Source of the DNA: Dehalococcoidia bacterium
GTDB lineage: Bacteria > Chloroflexota > Dehalococcoidia > Lucifugimonadales > UBA3495
Assembly (NCBI GenBank): GCA_965216155.1
Contig: CBDCFD010000005.1
Span: 149,569-213,568 of the forward strand
Length of the DNA: 64,000 nt
Direction of reading: 5' to 3'
The position numbers and the translations under genes are program-made. The first letter of the stretch is position 1. The number at the start of each line of letters is the position of its first letter. The notes below the pieces were generated by a model, which worked only from the letters and a program-made list of their open reading frames with translations, was not told the DNA's origin and searched no databases. Below, in pieces: positions 1 through 9,309 of the stretch.

Positions 1-183
1 TCTATGCACTATTGGCCCCATGCCAACAATAGGATAGGTGTAGCAAATCCAATATATCTCGGTTTGAGATATATTGGCAAGCCCTGATATTCGGTTGTTA
101 AGGTGTAAGGAGAAAATTGCGAAACTCCCTAAAGCCCAGGCCTCCTCCTCATCCGTGTATTTCCTGTTGGATTCCAATTCCAT
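1..183 (-). CDS. partial hypothetical protein (first 61 codons; runs off the left edge)
   Basis: ATG (complement of 181-183) is preceded by a GAGGTGA Shine-Dalgarno (complement of 188-194). The frame stays open to the window edge. The region is low-GC. Confidence 0.3.
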   Translation of the reverse strand, partial: MELESNRKYTDEEEAWALGSFAIFSLHLNNRISGLANISQTEIYWICYTYPIVGMGPIVHR

Positions 184-335
184 ATTTTCACCTCATTTTT
201 TAGTGTTTGTGTAATTAGGGATATAATTCCCCTTCGAACCGTTCGATGAAACCGGCGAGTTCAGCCGTTACACCCGGGACGTTGACGACGCGGAATTGTG
301 ACTGACCAGCATTTGCTCTTCCCTGGAGGTGCGAG

Positions 336-1637
336 GTGAAGAGGACAGTTCGGATAATGGTCTTGGCCGGAGCCGCAGGTCTGGCGGCACTTGCGCTGGC
401 GACGGCAGGTTGCGGCAGTCCGGAGATTAAGGAGACACCACAGAGTATGCCCAATCCCAAGAATATCCCTGTAGCCACCATCTTCTACCAATGGTTCGGC
501 TATGAGCACAATGCCCGGAACAACTGGCCAGCCACCGGCGGCCTGGGGACCTTCCACTGGAACGACATCGTGGATAATCAGTTGATTACCGGGTTTGTGT
601 CCAACCGGCCTGAAATTGGTTATTACGCCAGTGATAGCGAAGCCACCATCGCTTGGCAGCTTCGGAAGATGGAGGAGGCCGGGATAGACACTATCATCGT
701 CTCGTGGTGGGGTTGGGGGGATGCCAACCTGGACGGCGTACATGATGGTTATATCGAGCAGCGAAGTCACGACGCCCTCATTCGCTTGTTGAACTATATC
801 GAGGCTAACAACCTTGGGTTCAAAGTGGCTCTGATGGTCGAGCCGTGGATGGATATCGTTCACGGTTCCCGGCAACAGCCTGGTACGGCCAGAAACCTTC
901 CGAAGGCGCAGAAACAGATGATCTTGGACTACATCTGGGACAATGTCTATAGCGTCTATCCAGACCTGGTCTTCAACTGGCAGGGCAAGCCACTGTTGGC
1001 GGCAGTAGGCGAGCTTTACTTTGACCCTGACGAGGATGTCCCCGATGATCGGTTCACCTTGCGGAGTTTCCGTTTCAAAGAGGAGGATGTTGACCCTGGC
1101 AACTCCTGGGACTGGATTATCACTGAACCTCTCCCCTATTTCCAGGAAGTGGACAATACTGTGATTTTGTCCCCACGTTATGACGAATGGTTCTTAGCTG
1201 CCGCTCATCCTGACTGGTGGCCCGATGCCTGGAGACGTAGAAGCACTGGACCCATTTGGCATGACCCCTATCTGGCGGATAATTTGTATGACTTCGAGTG
1301 GAGTCAGGTCTATAACAAGAGCGATGACGTAGACTTGATAGTCCTCTGGGCCTGGAACTCCTGGATGGAGCAACTCTACATCGAGCCTGACGATGGGGAA
1401 GGCGCAGCCCCCGCAAGGGATACATTGCTTCATAAGACTGCCTGGTATGGCCGGCGGTTTATGAGCGGTGCACCCTTTGAGATGTTTGAGCCAGACTGGG
1501 AAACTGTGCAGGATTTTCGCTCGATGCTCAATCCAATATCCCCAGCCCAGTTGAATCCGGACTCTGATGCAGAAGCGGACCGATTGCTCCAACGCACCAT
1601 CCAACAGGCTCAAAATCATATGGCGGCACACCGATAA
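336..1637 (+). CDS. secreted lipoprotein, putative glycoside hydrolase (GH99/GH71-like, tentative)
   Basis: 433-aa ORF with a signal peptide ending in a lipobox-like LATAG|C. The motifs FYQWFGYEH and IIVSWWGWGD resemble endo-mannosidase-type glycoside hydrolases. Confidence 0.65.
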   Translation: MKRTVRIMVLAGAAGLAALALATAGCGSPEIKETPQSMPNPKNIPVATIFYQWFGYEHNARNNWPATGGLGTFHWNDIVDNQLITGFVSNRPEIGYYASDSEATIAWQLRKMEEAGIDTIIVSWWGWGDANLDGVHDGYIEQRSHDALIRLLNYIEANNLGFKVALMVEPWMDIVHGSRQQPGTARNLPKAQKQMILDYIWDNVYSVYPDLVFNWQGKPLLAAVGELYFDPDEDVPDDRFTLRSFRFKEEDVDPGNSWDWIITEPLPYFQEVDNTVILSPRYDEWFLAAAHPDWWPDAWRRRSTGPIWHDPYLADNLYDFEWSQVYNKSDDVDLIVLWAWNSWMEQLYIEPDDGEGAAPARDTLLHKTAWYGRRFMSGAPFEMFEPDWETVQDFRSMLNPISPAQLNPDSDAEADRLLQRTIQQAQNHMAAHR

Positions 1638-2403
1638 GACGTGGTACCAGGCCCAGTTCCACGATCGTGTCCCAACCGGGCCGGGGTCATTCCCCCGTCG
1701 AGAAATAGCAGACAACGCCGCGGCTTCACGCGCCTACCGGGAAGCTGTCTGGTTCTGGCCCCGATCGTATAGGATGAAAGCCCTCGTAGACACTCTTTGG
1801 CGCGGCTGCGAGGTAGACTTGCAAACAGCCTTCGACATGCTCGATGAGGCTGGATGGGACGTCAGAGGGCCAGGTAAGAGTCTTCTCGGAGATCATGCCG
1901 GCGCCGGTCCGGGTTACAACGGTACTGGCTGGCCTCCCTTTCGGTGGCCTGCAACATTCTATGGAGGTACGCCCAGTTTGCCAACAACACCGGCGTGATG
2001 TCTGCGGTTGAACCGCTCTGCCATGAGACCGCGCAACGAATACTAGACCTCCGCGTGCCGGCTTCCGGTATCTACAGCGAGATGGACGAGGAGGGGAACA
2101 TTTCAGAGAGGATGCACCCTGAACATCGCGGGCTGGATTTTCCACACCTACGACTGGCACTCAGCGGGCCAACGGTATGTCTCCAGAGCGCCGGCATCCC
2201 ACGCGGCTCGAAACGGAGCGAACGTGAGCTACGAAAGCTCTTTGATGTACTGGAAGGCCCTTGATATGTACATCGCCAACTTTGGCGTGTAGTCTCCCAA
2301 CGGCGGCCCGGCAAAAGGGCAGCCAGCATGACCCTGCCCCTTGCCTACGGCCGCTGCGCGAATTAACATGAGCCCCATACACTTCAGGAGCAGGTGGTAT
2401 GCC

Positions 2404-2700
2404 ATGCCCCCCAGAGTCCATGACCGCGGCAGTTGGCCCACCGACGAGCCCATCGACCGCGCGGAACACCAGCACTCCGATTGGGAGTTGCGGGTCGACG
2501 CACTGCACCAGGTGTTGGGCCGCAAGGGCATGTGGTCCACCGACGAGATGCGCCGGGCAATCGAGGGCCTGCCTCCGGAAGAGTACGAGTCCATAAGTTA
2601 CTACGAGCGATGGACCGCCGCCCTGGAAATCCTGCTGGTCGAGAAGGGAATCCTTACCACCGGCGAGATAGACCGGAAGATGGCACAGCAGGAATTATAG
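2404..2700 (+). CDS. nitrile hydratase-family beta subunit, N-terminal-half protein
   Basis: An in-frame ATG at 2404 inside ORF 2341..2700 gives MPPRVHDRGSW, like the MxGxHDxGG start of NHase beta. YYERWTAALEILLVEKGILT is the helical N-terminal half of beta. The ORF stops at 2698-2700. Confidence 0.75.
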   Translation: MPPRVHDRGSWPTDEPIDRAEHQHSDWELRVDALHQVLGRKGMWSTDEMRRAIEGLPPEEYESISYYERWTAALEILLVEKGILTTGEIDRKMAQQEL

Positions 2701-2717
2701 GGTGTTCTGAGGCAGCC

Positions 2718-3014
2718 ATGATTGAATCATCCATGTTCCAGACCGGCGACATTGTGCGGGTGCGGGTGGACTCCCCGCCAGGCCATTACCGGACTCCGGA
2801 CTACGTGAAGGGAAAGACAGGCCGTGTCGCAGCGATTTGCGGGGTTTTCAAAAACCCGGAGTCGCTGGGACACGGCGGGTCAGGACTGCCGGAAAAACCA
2901 CTTTACCGTGTGGAGTTTGACCAGGGAAATGTCTGGAACAACTACGCCGGTCCCAGCGTCGACAAGGTGCTGGTAGACATCTACGAACATTGGTTGGAAC
3001 CCGCCACCCTTTGA
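2718..3014 (+). CDS. nitrile hydratase-family beta subunit, C-terminal-half (SH3-like) protein
   Basis: ATG at 2718 inside ORF 2433..3014, with GAGG about 8 nt upstream. FQTGDIVRVRVDSPPGHYRTPDYVKGKTGRV...LYRVEF matches the beta C-terminal domain. Confidence 0.8.
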   Translation: MIESSMFQTGDIVRVRVDSPPGHYRTPDYVKGKTGRVAAICGVFKNPESLGHGGSGLPEKPLYRVEFDQGNVWNNYAGPSVDKVLVDIYEHWLEPATL

Positions 3015-3026
3015 GAGAGGACATCC

Positions 3027-3674
3027 ATGAGCGACGAGCACAACGGCCACGAATCTCATGACCCCATCGAGGAGACCGATGGGCTCAGCTACTACGCAAG
3101 GCGCGCCAGGGCAATCGAGGCATTGCTCCAGGAGAAGGGCCTCTGCACCCTCGAAGAAGTGCAACGGGCCGTAGACGCCGTAGAGTCGCGGTCCCCCGCC
3201 GACGGCGCAAAGGTGGTCGCGCGGGCGTGGGTTGACCCCGGGTTTAAGTCACGGCTATTGGCCGATGCCCGCTCCGCCCTGGAGGAAATGGGCTACACGC
3301 TGCCGGAAGCCAACACTCAATTGGCCGTGTTGGAGAACACTGAGGACGTCCATTACCTCGTGGTGTGTACCCTCTGCTCCTGCTATCCCCGAAACCTGCT
3401 GGGCCGGCCACCCGACTGGTACAAGAGCCTGGCTTACCGCTCCCGGGCAGTGGTAGACTCTCGCGGCGTCATGCGGGAGTTCGGACTGGACGTGCCGGAG
3501 AGAGTGGAGGTCAGGGTGATGGACAGCACAGCCGACCTGCGCTACCTGGTCCTCCCCCTCCGCCCGGACGGCACCGATGGACTCAGCGAGGAAGAGTTGG
3601 CCAAACTGGTCAACCGGGACAGCATGATCGGGGTTACCGAGCCGTTCATCCCGCAGGCTGCGGCCCCGCCTTAA
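3027..3674 (+). CDS. nitrile hydratase-family alpha subunit (Co-type motif)
   Basis: 215 aa. Carries the metal claw VCTLCSCYP and PPDWYKSLAYRSR. Confidence 0.9.
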   Translation: MSDEHNGHESHDPIEETDGLSYYARRARAIEALLQEKGLCTLEEVQRAVDAVESRSPADGAKVVARAWVDPGFKSRLLADARSALEEMGYTLPEANTQLAVLENTEDVHYLVVCTLCSCYPRNLLGRPPDWYKSLAYRSRAVVDSRGVMREFGLDVPERVEVRVMDSTADLRYLVLPLRPDGTDGLSEEELAKLVNRDSMIGVTEPFIPQAAAPP

Positions 3675-3720
3675 CGGGCCGTACCGGTCCAGAGCCTTCG
3701 GTCTCCGGTCGAGGCTGAGA

Positions 3721-4578
3721 TCATTCGCCTCCGAGCAGGGTCCCGGTGGACGTGTCGGCAGCCGCCGTCCGCCGGGGATTGATAAGGTCGTTGGCGAGAC
3801 CGGAGAAGAACTCCTTGATCTCTGGAATCTGGTCAGGGTTGCCCAGCCCGGTGTGAAGCGGCGTAATGGAGATGTGGTTGTTCCTCACAGCCCAAATGTC
3901 GGTGCCGGGCTCGGGATCACGGGACATGGGGCGGTCGCGAGAAATCCAATACTTCTTCTGATGCCCGGTCCCTTCCTCGCGGACCGATTCTCCGTAAGAG
4001 CGGCCACCCAGCCTGGTAAATTCCACGCCGGCAATCTTGTCCAGAGCCATGCTTGGCACATTGATGTTCAGGAAAACCCCCCGGTTGGAGTCCCACTCCG
4101 ATAGCCGGTCCGCCAGCACTGTCAGCAGTCGTGCAGCCGGAGTGAAATTGGGGTCGCGGATGGAGCCCACGGATATGGCAACGGTTGGATAGCCACGGAC
4201 GTAACCCTGCACCGCACCGCCGACCGTACCAGATACCATAGTATCCCAACCGAGGTTGGAACCGGGGTTTATCCCGGACACCACCAAGTCCACCCTGCCG
4301 GCCAATTTCTCCAAGGCGAGGATACAGCAGTCCGCGGGAGTGCCTTCGACCGCATATCCAGAGAGTGCTCCGGGGGAAGCTCCGTCGTCCGCCGGGTCCG
4401 GGTAAACTGTGACCTGACGCGCCCTCACCGGCATCCGAAGAGTGAGAGAACCGCCGACTCCGCTTTGCTCCCGGTCCGGGGCCAGCAGCACAACGTCGCC
4501 CACTTTCCGCAAGGCGTTGGCGGCTGCCCACAGGCCGGGAGCATGAATTCCGTCGTCGTTAATCAGTAGTATTTTCAA
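3721..4578 (-). CDS. surE: 5'/3'-nucleotidase SurE
   Basis: MKILLINDDGIHAPGL start and the GINPGSNLG motif. Confidence 0.9.
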   Translation of the reverse strand: MKILLINDDGIHAPGLWAAANALRKVGDVVLLAPDREQSGVGGSLTLRMPVRARQVTVYPDPADDGASPGALSGYAVEGTPADCCILALEKLAGRVDLVVSGINPGSNLGWDTMVSGTVGGAVQGYVRGYPTVAISVGSIRDPNFTPAARLLTVLADRLSEWDSNRGVFLNINVPSMALDKIAGVEFTRLGGRSYGESVREEGTGHQKKYWISRDRPMSRDPEPGTDIWAVRNNHISITPLHTGLGNPDQIPEIKEFFSGLANDLINPRRTAAADTSTGTLLGGE

Positions 4579-4661
4579 ATTAGCTATGCGTTAACCACCC
4601 AGCCACGGGTCAGTCACATAAGTCTCCAATTCCGGCGTTGGGCAGGAAAAAGCCCCTTCCG

Positions 4662-5534
4662 TCAGTGGTGCGCAACTCCGGTGGCGTGGAACAGCGCATG
4701 CCTGATTTCCACCACGGCCATCGCCCGCCTGTACTCGGCGGACGCATAGAAGTCACCCAGAATCTCGTCACCCAGGTCTCCGGCCGCCTGGCTCGTAGCG
4801 GCGGTTATGTTCTCGTTGGTCAGTTCCTTGCCTGTCAGCCCAGCCTCCACGGAGGTTACGCGCACCGGGACAGGCGTGGCCCCGCCGACAGCGATGCTGG
4901 CGCGGGTGCAGGTGTGGTGATCGACGTTGACCACGACCGCTGCCCCAACTACGGCATAGCCGGATGCAGGGTGGGACATCTTGGCGTATTCGCCCCTTTG
5001 GTTGGCCGTCAGCACCGGAACATTGATCGCGATCAGAAGCTCGGTGTCACTCAGGCTGGTGGTCAATGGACCGAGAATCAATTCGGTGGGGGTCACAGTA
5101 CGGGACGCGCCTCCGGACCCCTGAATTTCCAGGGTGGCCCCCAGGGCGGTTAGCACCGTTCCCCAGTCCGAGGCCGGGTCTGCGTGGGACAGATTTCCCC
5201 CAATTGTGCCCCGGTTCCTGACCTGGGTGTCACCGATCCCGCCCGCCGCTTCGGCCAGCAGGGAGTTGGCGGACTGCAACTCAGGGGAGGACTCGATCTC
5301 CCAGTGGGTCGTCAACGCGCCTATTCTGATGGAACCGTTGTTGACTGAGATGCCCTTCATCTCCGAGATGCCGCTGATGTCCACAACCGCTCCCGGTCTG
5401 GCCAGCCGCAACTTGAGCAGCGGAATCAGGCTGTGGCCTCCGGCCATCGCCTTTGCCCCCGGGTTGGAGCCAAGCATGTCGATAGCCTCGGCTACCGTGG
5501 TGGCCTTGTAGTAGTCGAACTCTGGAGCAAACAT
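4662..5534 (-). CDS. xanthine dehydrogenase/CO dehydrogenase family FAD-binding medium subunit (CoxM-like)
   Basis: 290 aa. AGGHSLIPLLKLRLARP FAD-binding motif. Lies downstream of the large subunit. Confidence 0.9.
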   Translation of the reverse strand: MFAPEFDYYKATTVAEAIDMLGSNPGAKAMAGGHSLIPLLKLRLARPGAVVDISGISEMKGISVNNGSIRIGALTTHWEIESSPELQSANSLLAEAAGGIGDTQVRNRGTIGGNLSHADPASDWGTVLTALGATLEIQGSGGASRTVTPTELILGPLTTSLSDTELLIAINVPVLTANQRGEYAKMSHPASGYAVVGAAVVVNVDHHTCTRASIAVGGATPVPVRVTSVEAGLTGKELTNENITAATSQAAGDLGDEILGDFYASAEYRRAMAVVEIRHALFHATGVAHH

Positions 5535-5536
5535 GT

Positions 5537-8095
5537 CTATGCCCCCTTGGACTGCTGAATAGCTTGCCAGACTCGCTCCGAGGTCAACGGCATTTCCAGC
5601 CTTGTAATGCCGAATGGCTTCAGGGCGTCGATGACCGCGTTGTAGATGGTGATGGTTGACGCGATGGTGCCGGTCTCACCGATTCCCTTCACGCCCAACG
5701 GGTTGTGCGGGGACGGGGTGACCGTGGATAGGGTCTCGATATGGGGAAGCAGGTGCGCCTTGGGCAGCGCGTAATCCAGCATCGACCCGGTCAATAGCTG
5801 ACCGTCGTCATCGTAGACCGCGCCTTCCCAGAGGGCCTGACCCGCGCCTTGAACGACACCGCCGTGGACCTGTCCCTCGACGATCATCGGGTTGATCTGC
5901 CGGCCGCAGTCGTCCAGCGCCGCGTAGCGAAGCAACACGATATGTCCGTTGTCGGTGTCCACACTGACCACGGCCACGTGGGCCCCGAATGGGAACGTAA
6001 AGTTGGGCGTGTCATAGAAGGCGCTGGCCTCCAGACCCGGCTCCATTCCTTCGGGCATGTTCCACGCCATGTTGGCCATGAGGGCTATGTCCTGAATAGT
6101 TTGGCTCCGGTCGGGCGACCCACGGACAAAGAACTTACCGTCCTCATATTCGATGTCTTCCTCGGCGGCCTCCAGCAAATGGGCCGCCAGTCCGATGGCC
6201 TTATCTTTGATCTTGCGTGAACTGAGCGCCACAGCGGCGCCGCTAATCACCGTGGTCCGGCTGCCGTAGGTGCCCCAGCCCATCGGCGTGTTGTCCGTGT
6301 CGCCGTGGATGACTTCCACGTCGTCCACCGGGACCCCAAGCTCGTCGGAGACGATCTGGGCGAAGGTGGTTTCCTCGCCCTGCCCGTGGGGAGACGTCCC
6401 CACAAATACGTTGACCTTGCCGGTGGCGTAGAAGCGGATTATGGCGCTCTCCCACAGGCCGCCGCCAAATCCCACCGCACCGGCTACCTGGGAAGGACCG
6501 ATGCCGCAGATCTCGCAGTAAGTGCTCACGCCAATGCCGAGTAAGTGACCGGCGGCTGATGGTTGGACGCCGTGTTCTTCACCGTGGGCATGGCCGTGCT
6601 CGTCACCATGGCCATGACCGTGTTCATCACCGTGGCCATGACCGTGTTCATCACCGTGGCCGTGCTCGTCACCGTGGCCGTGGCCGTGCTCGTCACCGTG
6701 ATCATGTCCGTGACCGTGGCCGGGGTGCTCATGGCCATGCTCACCGGCAACCGGCTCTTGGCCACGGCTAATGGCCTGTTCGCGGCGCAGGTTCTGGTAG
6801 TCCACGTGCTCCAGCACTTTGTCCAGGGCGGCATGGTAGTCGCCGCTGTCGTAGGTCAGCCCCAGCGAGATGTCGAACCCGTCCTCGAACTTGGGGATCA
6901 AGTTGATGCGTCTCACTTCAACCGGGTCCATGTCCAGTTCGTTGGCCAGGAGGTCAACCATTCGCTCGACCAGGAAGGTTGCTTCGGGCCTGCCCGCACC
7001 CCGGTAGGCGTCGACAGGCGTGGTGTTGGTGAAGACCCCGTAGATATCCGCCTTGATGTTGGGGATGTCGTAGGGGCCGGAATACATCAGTCCGTGCAGG
7101 ATGGTCGGGATTCCAGGGCCGGCCGTAGAAAGGTAGGCCCCCATGCCAGCGTGGACAACGGACCGCAGACCCGTGATCTTGCCTTCCCTGGTGGCGGCCA
7201 TCTCCACAGCCTGGACGTGGTCCCTGCCGTGGGTGCTCGCCTGGTAGTTCTCCGACCGTGTCTCGGTCCACTTGACCGGGCGCCCCAACTGCATGGAGCA
7301 GAAGGCGGCGATCATCTCCCACGGATAGACCGGTATCTTAGCCCCGAATCCGCCGCCCACCTCGGGAGCTATGACGCGAATCTTGTGCTCCGGCACTCCG
7401 GTGACCAACGAGGTGACGAACCGGGCGATGTGTGGGTTCTGGGTGGTGTTCCAGATGGTCAGTTCGCCCATTGCCGACGCATAACTGGCGACGGCGGAGC
7501 GGGGCTCCATTGCGTTGGGAATCAAGCGCTGCTGCACGATAGTATCGGTAACCGTGACTTCTGCCGCGGCGAACGCGGTATCGGTGTCGCCCCCGGCGGC
7601 CACCCAATGGAACGCCTGGTTGTTGGGGGCATCCTCGTGAAGCTGGGGCACTCCTTCGTTCATCGCCGCTTCAGCGTGCACGTTGGCCGGAAGGGGCTCG
7701 TAGTCCACGTTGATCAGTTCCAGGGCGTCTTCGGCCTGGTAGCGGCTTCCGGCGACCACAACCGCCACGGCGTCGCCGGCGTAGCGCACGGTATTGGTGG
7801 CCATAGCCGGGTATGCGACGGCCTTAACATCCGAGTCGGGGACTACCCAGGCGCACGGAATGGGGTTCAGCACGCCATCCGTGTCCGCTCCGGTATAGAC
7901 TGCCACGACTCCGGTGGCTGACTTGGCGGCGCTGGTGTCGATGCTGCGAATCCTGGCATGGGCGTGGGGGCTACGCAGAATGGCGGCGTAGACCATGCGA
8001 TTCAGGCTGATGTCGTCGGTATACGTTGCTTGTCCGGTGATTAGCCGCGGGTCTTCCCGGCGGCGAATCCCGGAGCCGAATATTCTGGTAGTCAT
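5537..8095 (-). CDS. molybdopterin-binding large subunit, form-II CoxL-like (AYRGAGR), with a His-rich insertion
   Basis: 852 aa. The active-site loop is VDAYRGAGRPEA (form II, not the AYxCSFR of genuine CO dehydrogenase). Contains an HGHGDE repeat insert. Confidence 0.9.
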   Translation of the reverse strand: MTTRIFGSGIRRREDPRLITGQATYTDDISLNRMVYAAILRSPHAHARIRSIDTSAAKSATGVVAVYTGADTDGVLNPIPCAWVVPDSDVKAVAYPAMATNTVRYAGDAVAVVVAGSRYQAEDALELINVDYEPLPANVHAEAAMNEGVPQLHEDAPNNQAFHWVAAGGDTDTAFAAAEVTVTDTIVQQRLIPNAMEPRSAVASYASAMGELTIWNTTQNPHIARFVTSLVTGVPEHKIRVIAPEVGGGFGAKIPVYPWEMIAAFCSMQLGRPVKWTETRSENYQASTHGRDHVQAVEMAATREGKITGLRSVVHAGMGAYLSTAGPGIPTILHGLMYSGPYDIPNIKADIYGVFTNTTPVDAYRGAGRPEATFLVERMVDLLANELDMDPVEVRRINLIPKFEDGFDISLGLTYDSGDYHAALDKVLEHVDYQNLRREQAISRGQEPVAGEHGHEHPGHGHGHDHGDEHGHGHGDEHGHGDEHGHGHGDEHGHGHGDEHGHAHGEEHGVQPSAAGHLLGIGVSTYCEICGIGPSQVAGAVGFGGGLWESAIIRFYATGKVNVFVGTSPHGQGEETTFAQIVSDELGVPVDDVEVIHGDTDNTPMGWGTYGSRTTVISGAAVALSSRKIKDKAIGLAAHLLEAAEEDIEYEDGKFFVRGSPDRSQTIQDIALMANMAWNMPEGMEPGLEASAFYDTPNFTFPFGAHVAVVSVDTDNGHIVLLRYAALDDCGRQINPMIVEGQVHGGVVQGAGQALWEGAVYDDDGQLLTGSMLDYALPKAHLLPHIETLSTVTPSPHNPLGVKGIGETGTIASTITIYNAVIDALKPFGITRLEMPLTSERVWQAIQQSKGA

Positions 8096-8129
8096 CGCGT
8101 ACCCTCCCTTTTCTCCGCTTCGCTCAGCG

Positions 8130-8615
8130 TCACTCCGGCTGTGGCGCTGTCGCTGCGTCGGCGGCGGCCAGCACCGACTTCACGATGTTCTGGTACCCGG
8201 TGCAACGGCAGAGGTTACCCTCCAGCCCTCCCCGGACCTGTTCAGCCGTGGGATGGGGATTTCGTTCCAACAACTCTACTGCGGTCATAATCATTCCGGC
8301 AGTGCAGTAGCCGCACTGGAGCCCGTGATTGTTCCAGAACGCTTCCTGGATTGGGTGGAGGTTCCCCTGCTCCGCCAGACCTTCGATGGTGCCTATGTCT
8401 GCGCCGTCGGCCTGCACGGCAAGGCAGGTACAGGACTTGATTGTGGACCCGTTCATCATCACTACACAGGCGCCGCATTGGCTGGTGTCGCAGCCGATTT
8501 TGGTGCCGGTGAGCCCCAGGTCTTCACGGAGAAAATGGACCAAAAGGGTCCGCGGCTCAACCTCGGCCTCGTGGCTTTGACCATTAACGGTGACCCGTAT
8601 CGGAATCTTCGCCAT
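8130..8615 (-). CDS. (2Fe-2S)-binding small subunit (CoxS-like)
   Basis: Internal ATG (complement of 8613-8615) gives [12 protein letters not shown]. Cys motifs [11 protein letters not shown] and CGYCTAG...CRCTGY are present. Confidence 0.9.
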   Translation of the reverse strand: MAKIPIRVTVNGQSHEAEVEPRTLLVHFLREDLGLTGTKIGCDTSQCGACVVMMNGSTIKSCTCLAVQADGADIGTIEGLAEQGNLHPIQEAFWNNHGLQCGYCTAGMIMTAVELLERNPHPTAEQVRGGLEGNLCRCTGYQNIVKSVLAAADAATAPQPE

Positions 8616-8821
8616 AACACCCCCAAACAGGTTGGAATTGGGTTGTCGCCGCCGGGGGAAAATATCGGCTTCGGCGTCCCGGAGTATATACGTGGCCGTA
8701 GCTCCAGTCAACGGAATCGCCGGTGTTACCAGGCGCCGTCACCTCTGCCAGTAGGCGCAGGGTTACGGTCAACCCGCCTCACCTTAACCCCCTGTTAAAC
8801 GAGGGCTCCGCCCGGTAAGGG

Positions 8822-9277
8822 ATGGTACAATTAGCGTCGTCGGATATGGACGATCACCGTGAGGCAATCTGGGGAATAAACCCGAAAGACCGGCAATGGT
8901 TCCAACTGCTGACATTGATTGGCGGGGCGGCCGGGTCCATCATACTGACCCAACTGGAGCTTGCCTACCACTCCACCAACGCGGGGCCGAACGTAGTGGC
9001 ACGCAACATCCTTTTGGGCATAGGCGCAAGTTTCGTTGCATCCGGTTTCATCGCCTGGGGACTGCTGCAAACCAAGGAGTTGATTGTGGCAATTGCTGAC
9101 TGGATTAGAAAGCATACCGAGCGGGACCTAGAAAGAAGGCACCAGAAGGCGCGCCAAGAAGGTCTTCGTGAAGGTCTTCGTGAGGGTCTTCGTGAGGGCT
9201 ATGAGCATGGCTATACGGACGCTCAAGAAGGAAAACCCAAACAACCCCCCGAGGACGCCTCCAGCGAGTCTTCCTGA
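8822..9277 (+). CDS. hypothetical membrane protein with an (EGLR)n repeat tail
   Basis: 151 aa with two predicted TM segments. The C-terminal QEGLREGLREGLREGYEHGY is encoded by a 12-nt tandem repeat at 9158-9199. Confidence 0.5.
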   Translation: MVQLASSDMDDHREAIWGINPKDRQWFQLLTLIGGAAGSIILTQLELAYHSTNAGPNVVARNILLGIGASFVASGFIAWGLLQTKELIVAIADWIRKHTERDLERRHQKARQEGLREGLREGLREGYEHGYTDAQEGKPKQPPEDASSESS

Positions 9278-9309
9278 ATTTACTGGACCGCGGGTAGGAG
9301 AGGAACGGT

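Noticed and set aside
6526-6834. His/Thr/Met-rich and Arg/His-rich ORFs (6526..6834 minus strand, 6559..6771 plus strand).
   Set aside because: These are alternative-frame readings of the CoxL His-rich repeat, not independent genes.
6563-7921. 452-aa plus-strand ORF (and other long ORFs at 5849..6220 and 7995..8798).
   Set aside because: These are antisense shadows of the well-supported CoxL/CoxS genes in GC-rich DNA, and their translations are low-complexity V/G/H/R-rich.
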